A stretch of 64,000 nt of DNA, from the NCBI GenBank assembly GCA_024704765.1, contig JAKMXF010000363.1, positions 40,706 to 104,705 on the forward strand, in the 5' to 3' direction. The position numbers were made by a program, and so were the translations under genes. The stretch comes from Oopsacas minuta. Its lineage: Eukaryota > Animalia > Porifera. The notes under the pieces were generated by a model. That model was not told the DNA's origin, did not search any database, and saw only the letters and a list, made by a program, of their open reading frames with translations. Within the stretch, counting starts at the first letter, position 1; the number at the start of each line of letters is the position of its first letter. Below are positions 27,597 through 41,029 of this stretch, piece after piece.

Positions 27597-28829
27597 GTCA
27601 TTATAGAATGCTTAGGAATGAAGAATCTAAATCAACTAGAGATGATATAGCGAAAGAACTAACTGAAGTATTAGTGGGTACTATAATTTGGCTTCCATAC
27701 CCACTATATCAGAGCTCAAAATAAATCAGTACATCAATTCTGATATTATTGAGAGAGCTAAATACTACGGAAAAAGTATCCAAAACAAGCAACAACCTGA
27801 CCGTATACAGCCTATTATTTCTGAATTCAATGTCTTGTTCGATGTCTCAAATTGCAAATGCCTAATTCAGGAAGGTAAATGTTTTTGCTCTCTCGATAAA
27901 AAGATACCACGCCGTGAGTGGCCATTTCTCTTTGATTAGCGAAACGCTCGAAAATTATTTATATCCAGCTTGGATTGCATGACAACCTCTAAAAATATTG
28001 TTAAACAAAAAAGAAAAGAGGCACAATATGAAAGAGAAGAAAGGGAAATGAAGAGATTACATGCAGTTCAACCTTCGCAAGAATTTATAGTATGTGACTT
28101 TGAAGAGTTTGAATCTTTTGACTCGAGTACATCTAACACTCACAAGTATACACGTAATCATAATCAATTACGAAATTTAGCCATAATGTGTGATAGATAT
28201 CAAAATTAGCGATCAGGCAGGCGCAGCTATAGCTAACGCAGTACTGCAGGANGGTATTATATACGATTGATCTAATGTATATCGCGATGGTAAATAACAA
28301 ACGATTATTTCTAGTAAATTGCTTATAACCGTAGGTAAGTAAATAACTGTACATTTCACGTAGCTACAAGCAGAAGTAAACTATATATCTTTCGAGAAAA
28401 TGCAAAAATATATCTTGTAAATAATATAGTTGCCTTTGTAAGAATGCGAAGAAATGTTCTGGTTATGGTTGAATCAACATTACAAGCTCTGCCAGCACAA
28501 AACATGTCATTTTGGCATTGGACATTGATTAATATATTGCAAAGTTCCCAAAAATCAATTTAATCAAAACGTAGCAAGGATACATTGATCATACCGAAAA
28601 ATACGAGTAATCTATATTTGAAATATTACATAGTCACTATTAGAAACATAGTTATTGCATTGAACAAAGACATATGGGACGATAACAAAAAATGATCCCA
28701 ATGGTGGAAAATAATTGACCATCAACAAGTCATGTGATTTAGAGTTCAAAACAGTCATTTGTGGAGTGTGGCATGAGGAGATAGATTTGATGGTATAGGG
28801 TCAGATTAAAGCTAACGACCAACCTCTAA

Positions 28830-29340
28830 GATGATACATATACATGCACAATGGGGGAAAATCAAATTTGGAGAATTTAGAATATAAGATATGTGAAAGT
28901 GTTAGCTAGAATATCAGTGTTACCTTGAGGGCATAACCCATACGAATACATCCTTTAAGTAATGTCCAAATTTCGAAAAATCCAGTTTCTGAGGAAAATG
29001 TAAATATATCGACATGAACTTCATATTTTCCCATATCATTGTTGAGCCTTTCGTGTCAAGGGATTTCTTCAATGAGATGAAATAGAATGGCTAATATAGG
29101 CGAAATAAATCTACGCACAAACATTCGCTTAATGGCATCACACAGAGTAACAAGGTACAGTCGAACGAGCAAATTGCGTCATCGAAGATACAGCAGTGGT
29201 GTTTGAATATCGGAAGGATCAGTGCAAGGAAGTTGCACCCACAGTAGTGCACGATAGAAGCAGCACATATAACAGAATTGCAAAAATTAGTAATGTGAAC
29301 AATGCGGCCAAGAAAAAGCATTGGACAAAACTCATTAAAT
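28830..29340 (+). pseudogene. highly degenerate retroviral-type integrase relic (Ginger or Gypsy)
   Basis: Weak H..G / C..C remnants, EPFVSRDF, HTE*QGTVERANCVIED (resembles HPQSQGSVERAN). No termini found. Confidence 0.35.
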
Positions 29341-30404
29341 AAAATTTTGTCATGCTACGAATTCCCTTTCGATAATAGTTAATATTTCTTCAAATATATA
29401 TTTTAGAAATTGAATCTCGTCTACAAATTCCATCTCAACAGCATTGAACATTTCATGAATACATAAATCTCGGATATCATTACCCAAATATCTCAACGGT
29501 ATACACAGATTTCAAAATTGTCTCCAAAATGTACCCTTTGTGAGAACACAGTTTCGCCCCAATAAACCTATATTGGATGTTAGGGATAAAATGTACACAA
29601 ATCAAATCACCATCATCCTTAAACATTCGTCAGGTAATTGTCGCAAAGGGACAGGACACGAAGGACTCGTAAGCTATTAAGTAAAGATTAGACTGGGAAT
29701 ATTGATTGGATTGAAAATAGATCAAAATAAAGCTACTTGAGTAGGGGAGAAAGAACTGGGAAGAATACTCTTCGGAAGTCCACAGCCTCAGCCCAATGAT
29801 TATTAGTAGCAGTTGTTGTGCATAAAGTTGCTCAACAACAAAAATGTCACATGATAAATAAACTGAAATAAGAACCGCGTAAAAAAAATGGTCACTAAAT
29901 ATGTGTCAAAGATCAAATAAAGAAGTTGTGTGCCATATAATCGGATGTGATTACCTTCTGATGACAACGAAGGGAGATGTACTCAACACAATCAGTGAAT
30001 TTCAAGATATACTCAGATTTGGATGATGTTCAACAGGTATGTGCGTATCACATGTAGTAGTTGATCGATAAATTTACCACAAGTATAAAAGTTTCATACT
30101 AATTCAAAACATCAGCTGGAAATAATATAGGAACCTTATTTCGTTTCGTTTTACAAGGAAATGAGGATTAACTGTCTTAGTACGGGGCTCCACTATGACC
30201 CTTACATGTAATATCTTGTGGATCACTGATACTTTGGAAAATCTATGGACCTCGCAAAAAATATTGTGGCATCCATACAGTAGGTGTTGGATATGTAAAC
30301 AAGGACATGCAACAATACATGGTATGTCATAGTATCAAATATGTTAACATATAGCTGATGAAAGGGATTATATAGACAATAATTACTTATTGAAAAGGTC
30401 TTCT

Positions 30405-30650
30405 TCATACTCTGCTGAGATTGTATATTTGGCTGAGACGGCTTTCGAAGACTGTTAATCTTTCCTGTAGTGCTGCAATTTCCTCTCTCATTTGCTTTCT
30501 CTCCTGAGCTGCTTCTTCCCTCTCCTGTCTCAAAATCAAAATTTCCTCCATTCCTATCTCGTACTTTTCTCTGAGATTTCTGTACTTTGCTTGTAGTTTG
30601 GCAATGGACTTCACTGAAGTCTGACGAAACTTCTTGTGACCTAAATGAGA
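30405..30650 (-). CDS. short coiled-coil ORF or exon of unknown gene
   Basis: Open frame HLGHKKFRQTSVKSIAKLQAKYRNLREKYE...LQERLTVFESRL with heptad character; candidate acceptor catttag|g. No family recognised. Confidence 0.3.
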   Translation of the reverse strand, partial: SHLGHKKFRQTSVKSIAKLQAKYRNLREKYEIGMEEILILRQEREEAAQERKQMREEIAALQERLTVFESRLSQIYNLSRV

Positions 30651-30941
30651 TAGAAGATTTCAGAGAATGAAATTTTATTGAAAGTGTATTTCAGGTACTG
30701 GGAACAGTACCAAAGTATTATCCAAGAACAAACATAAAAGTTTCCTGACTACCCACAATGGTAATACAATATTTATTATTATTAGGTCATGGATATATTT
30801 TCTCAAGAATTCTTAAGAAAATCCATATTATGTATGGGACACAAGTACCAAGATACTTCGTTGCGAAACGTGTGCAATTTCGAGGCAGAAAGTGCCGAGC
30901 AGATGGTATTAGCTAATAGCGAGCAAACGAAGAGTTCCTTA

Positions 30942-32690
30942 CACAGTGGCTTAAATTGACAGTTGGTAGGGAATAGATATCTGGGTACATGTTATCAATA
31001 TACATTATATTATTCACATATGGGTTATCGATATCTAGAAATACCTTCGCCATGTAAAATATAGATACGATTTCTACTTTCAGTGTAATGACGTCATGAT
31101 GATGATATCAAATTTCTTAGAACTAAATACTTATGCTGCGTGCTTGCAGTTAACGTGACGTTATATATTATTTACATATATTTGTTATTAAAAGATAAGA
31201 GGATGTACTAGGCTGTCTATTGATGTTTATATATGTCTTTGAAGTCATATTTACTTCAGTATTTAGCAGTCTTCCTAGTGTGACCTCTTCTCCACATCTT
31301 TCACACCTCAATTTAGAAAGAATTTCACATAAATCTGGATCACTTATATTGTCTTCAAAAGAAGTTTTTCTAGCTAATGCTCTCTGTATTTTCGGTTGCA
31401 TCAGAAATGTGTTTATTGATGGGAATCCTTGTATTACTAATTCTAGATCTTTAAGTTGTTTTTGCTGTGCAAAGTTGGCAACTTGTTCCTGCTGCTCCAG
31501 ATATTATTCCAGTTGTCCCATCGAAACATGGACCTAATGATACAAACAGAGACTTTACCCATTTTAGCGATGACAAACCCTCATTTTCATCCTGTCAATA
31601 TCTGGATTTACTGTATCATTCACGAACTGTTTAATATTTTCATGATTCTCTCTAGCAGCACATAAGAATACTGGACGCTAACAAAAGGGTGAGTTAGGAG
31701 AAGTATTTCTCCAGAGCTCTTCCCTGTCGAAGACTTGACTACAACCGGTTTGAGGTAAAATAGGGTACATGACTTGTTGGATGTATTGGTGTTTTGATGG
31801 TGGTAAACTGTATGACTGCCAGAGTCGTCTAAAGCATCCGCTATCTGAAGTATCAGAGGAAAATCATCCACTAAAGGGGATAAATTTGCGAGAAATCTGA
31901 TAAATGCATGTACAACAAATTTGGCATAAGATGCACCTATACCAATCGGTGCCGAAACAGTCGGATAAAGATATATTGAGGAACGTAGAATAATATCGTG
32001 TCTAATTCAGCTATTTTCTGATATGCAAGAAATTCAATATTACTAGAGAGTAAATGTTGACGAAGCTCAGTGTATTTTCTCTTACTAATTTCCAACACAC
32101 CAAGAAGGAATAGAGTTTTATCAACATCAACACATTTGTTGAATACTTTAACAAAGGCTCCAATAGGAAGAATATTAGCTATCTTTCACTGAAGCAACAA
32201 TCATCACGGCTACCTAGTCTTCTAGACTCAATCAGAGAACAGCATAAATTGAAAACACTTCTAAGGTCAAGATAGCTCAATGACATTGGAGTTAATTTCT
32301 AATCAATCAGATGCCAGACCAGTGACCAAGGCCCCCAAGTTAATTGCAAGTTATGGTTTGACATTTTCTCTTCAAATTTAACTCAAAATCTGAATATAGA
32401 GGCGAAACCCATCATTGTCCTCCTAGAGAATCAATGGATTCTATTGATCTCTTTACCACATCCGTAGCCTATGAAAGATTCTGTGCAATGAAACTTTCTT
32501 TTGATGGTCTAGTTCAAAATATTCCTCTATTAGAACTATGGTCTGAGAGGTGTCATATTCATGAACTTTCAAGAATTTTACGAGTCAAGCTTGGAGTGCA
32601 GGGTTATTGTCTGGCATTTAGCCATTAACTCGAGCAAAGATACAAATGATTACGATTGGAATCCCGTGTTAGAACATATTTACATAGATG
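30942..32690 (-). mobile_element. Transib/RAG1-like transposon relic, internally deleted
   Basis: Terminus cacagtggctt at 30942. Minus-strand fragments KTLFLLGVLEISKRKYTELRQHL, IADALDDSGSH, PNSPFC*RPVFLCAAREN, FDG...SGAAGTSCQLC, LARKTSFEDN. 5' TIR not found. Confidence 0.7.
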
Positions 32691-35600
32691 GCGTACTATC
32701 ACATAGCAACGAAAATTCAATTTGCAATTTCCATAGCAACATAAAATCAAAATGGAATTTAAAGGAATTTTCAAAGTTGTGCACTGTTTTGGAAGCTGGA
32801 AATTTCAATTAACTTTCTATATACACCGATCAATAAGATGTATAATTTCTTGTTGTCCTTTGTCTACTTTTATTTCGGCCCACATTATATTTCAAATTTT
32901 CAGAGCGATTTGTCAAATTCGGACGATGATTTTAAAGATTCAATAAATACAAATCTATAAGCTCTACAAGATAACTACATACAGATTTGGAATCAGTATA
33001 CAAAGATTGTATTTGTTAGCATTCACTTCGTTGTAATAGACTTGATATACGTTGTCTGGAAAACGTGTCAATGTGCGTATGTTGAGAATTCGTATAGCCC
33101 GCAATTGGAACTAAAAATTTGACAGAATTTGAAATTGCATACTGTTAATTGCCTAAAGCACATGTTTTGAGATCAACATTAATTCACACACATTTACGTT
33201 ACAAATAGAACATAAAGTAAATTGCGTATTAAAACATAAAGGTTTTGTAGTGTTCTAATCAAATAAATTGTTGTCAACACCAAAGATTAATGGTTCCTGT
33301 AAAAAGCATAGTTGTTTCTATCCATGATACTAATGTGTGTCAAAAAGAATTCTTCTTCGAAAATGGATAAATGGTGAGACATACAGTACAAAGAGCTTTG
33401 TTAATAAGCACATTTTAAATACGAAGGCAATTCGAGGTTTTAGGACATTCTATATCTCATAAACGGATTGAAATAAACTTGTTTTCATTATACCATCATA
33501 ATCGGATGCTTTTGCATTGATAAACATATTTTACAAAGTTGGAAAGGACATTGCAGACAAGCATTTTGATGCGACAATCGACCTAGCAAACGCAATTTGG
33601 AGATCACTAATGGCATCTACCAGAAAACATAAAATGTATTTTTAGATGGCTAGATTGTCACAACGGATTGTATACGTTAATGGCGATTATTTCGAGATAG
33701 TTTACAGATTGTTAGGTATATTCAGTATAGATACAAAATATGGGGTAAGTTGGGGACTTTTGAAGGCACATTGTAATTGAAATAAAATTAAACATTCGAT
33801 AACAGGGTGTATCTTCCAACATATAGTGAATACTTCTAAGCATTTGCGATTATGAATGGAAAATAGCATATAAGAATTTGGAAACATATACAGAATCAAG
33901 TGGATAAATATTAGAAAAGTTGACGCTAATTCGTTTAAATCACTTTCTAGTATTTGACTATTATTAGAAAACTTGAAGTTGACATTGAAAAAATACAAGC
34001 TAATAAAAATAAATGCAATAGATGGCCGAATGAAGTGGTACAAGAGGTATCCAATATTTTCTGGGCCGGCACATGAATTAATCTAATTCCTTTGACACTT
34101 TTCTCACACTTTTTCAACAAACTTTAATAAAATTGGAACCTTGCCACTCAAGTTGACTCAGCATATTGGCACCAAAAAGGTTTCTACAATAATGAACCGG
34201 CAGCTAAATATAACCCTGAAGTGATAGATTGTATAGCCATATTTTTTGAATCTATTGACTTACAATGATTTATAAATACGATTGTGGAAAAAATATGACA
34301 TAGTCACAACTGTTACCAATGTTTACTAAAATGGAAACAATATGAACAAAACCAATGATGCTGAATCATGATTTCACGGATGATAATTGATGTTCTGCAA
34401 GAATTACCGTGCAGATTTGTTTTGATTTTATGACTTAAAATACTGTTCTTAGTATTGCAGATTGATTTCCCTGTACCCGCAAATTGAGATCAGAAATAAT
34501 ATAATACAATGATGCAACTGGATCGATTTTAGAAAGCTTGCTGGCTGTAAATTTGTACCTCACTTGAATCTGGTTGATCTATTCAAAGGCTAGTTTTCCA
34601 ACTACACTAGATTTCGGAGAATTTACACTAGCGGAAAATTCCAATGGGGTTCCATCAAGGTCTTCAGAAGTGCCTGAAGGATAGTGAATCTACTACTCGT
34701 AGAGAGCAAATTTTGTGGTAATATACCACCTATTATTCCTAGATGCTTCAGTAGATGACCTTGTTTCTTGAAGACGCGCTTGCTTTCGTTCTTCCAAGTC
34801 ACTCTCTCTTCTTACTCTTTTGCGTGTAGTATCGCCATATTATTTCAAACGATTTGAAACATATCCAGGACAGGGAAAAATTGAGTTCTCTAAATCCATA
34901 AGCGTCAAAACTAACATGGGAACGAAAAGGAAATTTTGATTTTCAGCTACGTACGAAAGGCAGAAATAATCTTGTAATTACTACCTATGCCTTCGTCAGT
35001 GATATTGAAGAAAGGATTATCATATGAATTCTTTATTATGAATAAGTGAAAATGCAATTTAGAATCAAATTGTAAGCCATAACCTGTCTTTTCAGCGGGC
35101 AAACTTTGTCAAGTATACATAGACCGCTAATGAATACTAAATAGGGCTAGATACTTGTGTCAACATAAGAAAATTTAACACTAACTTCTTAAAAGTACGA
35201 CAAAGTACCAAGGTGGCTAGTTAAAGAGAGAATCTGGACAGAATAATAACAATTAATGATGTTATAAATTGTTTAAAATTATCTGATCACGATTTTTCCT
35301 TCTAAGCAGACAGTTATGTATTCTATGGTCAGATAGGTAAGATGTTCCATATTCTTCTAATGTTATCTGCACTTGGGCCTAAATGTCAAGAGTTGCTAGA
35401 TATCCTGAAAAAAACTTATCCACAGAAACTGTATTAGAGTTATAATAAAATGAGAGAGCTGAACTGATGAGAAGATATCTCCTAACTCATGCAGTGCATT
35501 TTGATCACCGCTTTAAAGAGTTAAACAACAACATTAATTCCCTCAAATGTCAGTCCCCGAATTGAAGTTGCTGATTGCTGCATATGAGTAAAGTGTAGCA

Positions 35601-35949
35601 GAGGGGGTGGTCACATGTACACTCCCGTAAATAAGAGGAGCTGAAAGAGTCGTCAAATTAGTGCAATCAGATCTTTATATCATGAATTCGTCAGGTATTG
35701 TATTAATTCCCTAATACGAGCTCAGCGACGATATTACTAATGAAACCATGGACTCCTTTAACTCAGGACTCTGGGTGCTCATCCACGGGCCCTGGAAGTT
35801 TAGTCCATTGCATATAAATGAAAACTAATCGTTTTTATGCTAAGAAATGATGTATTGTTAAATATGAAGACATATATGGTGAATTAATTAGTCATACTGG
35901 AATATTTGTAGTTTGAGTTTTGCGGTTTTACGTCTTTCCATATATGGTA

Positions 35950-36075
35950 AAGTCGATTCCGGTTATAAGAACACCTGGTATAAGAACATTTCGGATATAA
36001 GAACCATCTTCTGGAAAATGTCCCCGCATTTCCTAAATGTAACATGCTGGTTATAAGAAGATACCAGATATAATC
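35950..36075. mobile_element. pogo/Tigger-like terminal fragment
   Basis: gtcgattccggttataagaac followed by repeated (g/t)ataagaa(c) units, the architecture typical of pogo-type ends. Partner end not seen. Confidence 0.45.
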
Positions 36076-36244
36076 TTCACATTGCATGCTCAAAAGTACA
36101 CATCACTGCATTCACATAAAAACTCTTCAATTGATGCTACCCCATCAAAAGTATTCGTGCCCCACGAAATATCCATGTTCTGATTGTGCTACTTATCGAC
36201 TAAATATTCAAGTTGGAACTAAGAAGGGAACTGAAATATACAAG

Positions 36245-36915
36245 GATAAAAAATTTGGTGTGTTAGTATAAACTTTGGTCATTATTTTGAAATTTTCAAC
36301 AATCCTTTTCCATGAGGTGCAAATGTGATAATAATACGTATAGTGAATTAGGTTATATTATAAATCGTATAACAACAAATATACTGTTTCTATGTGGAAT
36401 CTGATTGCATTATCGAAGTCTATGCCCATGAATTACCCTAGATACCAATTTTCTAAACTTTCACATAATTTTCTAATAAGTTATGGTTACTTGGCAAATT
36501 TTTTCACTTGTGTCATAAGTGGCACAAGTGGCAGAAACATATAAATTCAGATTTAATCAGAATTCTACTACAACAAGTATAACCATGATTAGTATGGAAA
36601 TATCGCATTTTTAGTCATCATTATCTAATCTCTACACATTGCTATTTGTGTTCCTGCCACTTGTGCCACTCATGACGCAAGTGGCACAATTTTCCCAATT
36701 GTCATAACTCAAAAGAAAATTGTGTAAAAGTTTAGAAAATGGGTAACTAGGGTCGTTCCCGATAATGCAATCAGACTTCACATAGAAATAATATAATTGT
36801 TGATATACGGTTTCCAATATACAACTAGCTCATTATAATTCCAATATATCTACTTATGTAAAAAGTGTCAAAAATTTCTAAAAATCACCAAAACCTAGCA
36901 AACACACCAATTTTT
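36245..36915. mobile_element. degenerate foldback/MITE with long inverted arms
   Basis: Arms match as inverted repeats (tttctatgtggaatctgattgcattatcg / cgataatgcaatcagacttcacatagaaa); core agtggcacaagtggcag / ctgccacttgtgccact. Exact ends uncertain. Confidence 0.75.
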
Positions 36916-37739
36916 CTAATACAAACAACAGGTTATGTGTATTTTCTAATGTTTTCAATATGTATTGGAGCCTCTCATACTCAAGATAATAGCCTCGCAT
37001 CCCCTTCAATAAAGGAGTCTATCAACGAGACACATGAAGGTGTCAGAGTTGCCAGTTGGGATTCATTAGAAAACTTCTGATTGTCTGCCACTTATCCGAT
37101 TCGAGATCTTATCCAACTGCCACTTGTCCGAATCAATAAAAATTAACCGTACTTGTCTAAACCAAACCTATCACTCTCTTCTTCACAAATCTCTTGAATT
37201 ATTATTTTGGGTGACAACCCAAAGCCGTAAGGCGAATGCAGAAAGTATCATAGTACTTTTGAAACCAATGTGCGCACCATCGTTTTTGGTGGTCAAGAGC
37301 ACATGGAAATAGCACCGAATATAAACACGGTAGTAGAAGGAAACCAACGATCAGAAAGTGTCCAGTCTTCTTATTGCTAAATTTCTATGGAGCAAGATGA
37401 AGATCACTCGCAAAATATCTCAGCATATAAATCTAAGGGTTCTAAAGTCCACATGTAACTCAGCATAGTTAGTTTCGGAAAATCTTGGGATAAAGCCGTA
37501 TAAGCCACAGCTACACCAAATTTACCGAATACAGAAAATTGCTCGATTATCCTTATGTATTATATAGACCGCGAAAAAATTGGTCACGTAATGATTGGCG
37601 AATGCATTATCATCTAATGAAGCTCCATTTCAGTTATGCTATTCACCTGATCAACAGAATAACAAGACTTAGCGAAAGACAGAGAGAATGTTGAATTTAC
37701 GGAAACAGTGGAGTTTCTGGAGATTGGATATTTAAAGAA

Positions 37740-38220
37740 TGATGTCATAAAATGGCCTTTCAGACCACCGCATTATTTATAGTGGGCAAACAGTAACAAC
37801 AGTGTACTATCTAAAAGAGATTCTGATGAAGTAGTTGATGTCAACATGCATCGAGATAAAGGTGCAGTAAAGAGAGTAAATTATTATCGCACATGTTAGT
37901 TGCCATATATCAACAGGATGGTGGCTCAGCATTATATCCAAAACAGAGGAATGACTTAAGGACAACTTTGAAACTTCTGGTACAAAGGGATTCGGTATGC
38001 CAACTCTCCTAGCCTGAGTAAATAGAAATTTATGGCCAATACTGTAAGCCACCGTTGTGCAACAAACCAAATCACTCGAAAGAATATACTGGTATTTTAA
38101 GCTAGGGAAATTATTCCACCTGAAGTTATGAACAAATAAATAACAAGTGTGTTAGAGCGAATAAGGAATGTATATAACTAAAGGGTGCATATATTGGGAA
38201 TATATGTATGTGTTTAGAAA
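37740..38220 (+). pseudogene. old Tc1-like relic (copy 2)
   Basis: Homolog of 22255-22740. Confidence 0.7.
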
Positions 38221-38456
38221 TTATAAATAAACGAAATATTGATTTAGTAATGGCAGGCATCAATTTCTTGACATCCTGTCTATCCAATCAAAACATATTA
38301 CTAAAAAGAATACATTCTTATAATGCGATATTTATCTGACAATATTATACATATTTTCATACACCAAAATGAAATTGAATTATGACAACATGCGTAGTGT
38401 GACATGTATATTGAAATTAATTACAATTCAATTTCAATTACAGTGGATACACTATA

Positions 38457-39796
38457 CAGGGTGTAACAAAAGTATTGTCGTCATATTAATATACATTAAA
38501 TTCAAATGTCACATTCGTATACGACTCTTGCTATTGATTTCTCTAAGTAATATCTTTTTATACAACCTAGTTAAACTCGAGTGAAGTCAAATCTTACAAG
38601 AATATATTTTGAAATTATTTTCGTCATTTTGAAAATTTCTTTTTAATTGTTGTGATATGAATGTCCAGAATTACGGATTATCTTTAAGATCTCAGGAATT
38701 GGGGATGCATAAAGCAGGAGAAACGCCTAAAAAGGTTGCTCAAGTGTTGAATATCAAAATTCGATCAGTTCAGAGATGGGGGCGTAGCGATAAATTGGGA
38801 TTTTCAATGGAATCAAAGCCTAAGTCTGGATGTCCGCCGAAAATTGATAGAGTTTGGAAAATTGTCATCGCTAAGTCTTTGGGGAAGAGAAGGCAATCTA
38901 CATGAACACTAGTTCTGAGATTAATGATGAGGGTTAGGATGTCTCTCACATCTCTGTACATCGCTATTTGAGAAAGTCTCTAGGTGCTACGCCATTTAAA
39001 AGGCCTCGAAGGCCTCGATTGACCTTGAAAATGAAGGAAACCGGATCGAATTTGCGCAGAAACAGAAGGATTGGGATATAGAAGATTGGAATAGAGTTCT
39101 GTAGTAGGATAAATCTTCATTCGAATTATTTCCAACCCCAAACAGACAGAATGACCGAGTTTGGAGCAAGGATTCAGGTTCAATCGAACCCTGTACAAAG
39201 ACAAAATTTCCGGCGAAAGTTCATGTTTGGGGCATGATGTCTCACCAAGCCCTATCCGAGCTGCATGTTATCCTCAGGGGCAAACTATTAATGGAGAGCA
39301 CTATCGTACGAAGATTTCGGCTGGATCTTGCAAAGATGCGATCAATAGAAGAACAAAAAATGGATCGGTTTTACAGCGGGCCATGACTTCAAAGATGTCC
39401 GAGATAATTTTTATGGAAGACGGGGCTCCCGCTCATACGGCCAAGCTAACGCAAGAATGGTGCAAACAGAATCTTCCAGCGTTTTGACAGAAAGCGGAGT
39501 GGCCTGGGAACTCACCTGACCTCAATCCCATTGAAAACCTATGGTCAATACTGAATGACAAAGTGGAAGAGTTTGAGCAAGCAAGCACTGAATAACCTCG
39601 TCAAAAATTTGGAAAAGGCATGGAGTGGTATTTCAGGAGATGTTTTGCAAAATATGGCCTCCAGTATGCCCAGGCGAGTAGCACTCGTATTAGAAAGACA
39701 ACGAGACTATATTGAGAAATAATAATGTACTAAAAGGTGCATTTTAGCTTACGTTGGATTCATTATAAAAAACGACAATACTTTTGTTACACCCTG
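38457..39796 (+). mobile_element. TRT (DD37E) Tc1-like transposon, full length (copy 2), broken
   Basis: TIRs with TA flanks. EDGAPAHTAKLTQEWCKQNLPAF*QKAEWPGNSPDLNPIEN gives D-37-E. Confidence 0.93.
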
Positions 39797-40049
39797 TATA
39801 AGACTAGCATCGGGACAGAAAAATTATCCCTATATTATATATTCCTATATGGTATAAAATTTACATAAGTTTAATGGATTCTGGGATTAAAATATATTCG
39901 TATATAGTGTATATTCCTTTATAATGTATTCCTATATGCTGTATCCACTGTACGTTAATGTCATGCAATTACAATTTCAAATTACAATTACCCCATGTCT
40001 GATATCGATACATCATAAATAAATAAATATATTCTAAAATGATTTGAGA

Positions 40050-40440
40050 TAAGCTCTTCGGATAGGGTGAATGTCGTTTTAGATTTAGCGAATAGTAACA
40101 AGACAGCATATGATTCTTCCAAAGCTTTCGTTGAGATTGATGTTGCTTCATAATTTTTCTTGTTTTCTCTTAAATCCTGACAGCATTGAATGGAAAAACT
40201 CTATGGGCTTACCCACACAAGAGTGATGCCTAAACTCAGGGGGGGATGTAAATGGGATGGTTATATGCTAATATTCGAAAGTATACTACTACAGCAGAAA
40301 CACAGTGGCGGCGGCGGCGGCGGCTATGGTTGCGAAGAAAAATCTAGAGATAGGATTTTGTCTATCAAGTTGACGATGCTTTGTCATCTCCCGATTCGGC
40401 AAAATTAACACCACAGGTGCTGCTGTTTCGTAATTAAACA
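40050..40440 (-). pseudogene. Buster/ZBED5-like hAT relic (copy 2)
   Basis: Homolog of 24570-24960. Confidence 0.7.
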
Positions 40441-41029
40441 ACTGTCAACCAATTATCCATAACTAGTAAAGAGAGTTGGCAGTAGTAGTTAGCAAGGTGT
40501 TGAGGAGACTTCAAGTGCTGTACTGTATCAAATTCAGCGATTCAACAGTAGGGTGTATATTTCAACATTTTCTCACATCCCCCCTAGCAGGTATTCGCTT
40601 ACCATCTCGGGTCCTCGTATTCGTGGCCTGCCCTAAGTAAATAGCAAGTTGAAGTAAAATTATTCTTTGCACTAAACTTGTTTAATTGGTGTATTTCACC
40701 AGTTACGCCAAGTAAAAACTACTTAGTTTTCTTAAGGACAAATTATCATAATGAATGAATAATAAATATACAATCAGAAGTCCAACATGGCACTATGGAA
40801 CCGTGATAACGAGGCAAGGACTGAAGAGACTAACCGTCATCATTTTAGGAAGAGAGCGTAATACAATACCGAGTATTTAACAAGTTCGAATAAGATAGCA
40901 TTTCCACTCTTTGTGGAAACCTACAATCTGGAAGTAAGGACAATAAATATTCTGTATAAGAAAAAGCAACAATTCAAGCATCGTTCATCTACTTACAGCA
41001 AAATGATGTCAAAAATAAATTCTATTTAG

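Larger units (their letters stand above)
21709..28260 (+). repeat. Duplicated block B (copy 1), matches 34484-42396 except 34950-37657; carries an extra mariner
   Basis: Colinear near-identity; bounded by N at 21708 and 28252. Confidence 0.97.
25549..28260 (+). mobile_element. long-TIR hAT-like element, 5' part (copy 1), interrupted by a mariner and cut at N
   Basis: ctatttag|taggccggat terminus; matches 41030-42396. Transposase start MAENTRSK at 27484. Confidence 0.88.

Noticed and set aside
30942-30990. Full RSS (heptamer-spacer-nonamer) or a ProtoRAG with RAG2-like partner
   Set aside because: Only the heptamer is present; there is no ACAAAAACC-like nonamer at 12 or 23 bp (also true at 60821) and no space or ORF for a RAG2-like gene.
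33540-34480. Protein-like fragments (ATIDLANAIWRSL, KCNRWPNEVV; minus-strand CFHFSKHW)
   Set aside because: Many stops and no motif set I can assign; possible MULE or other relic but unsupported.
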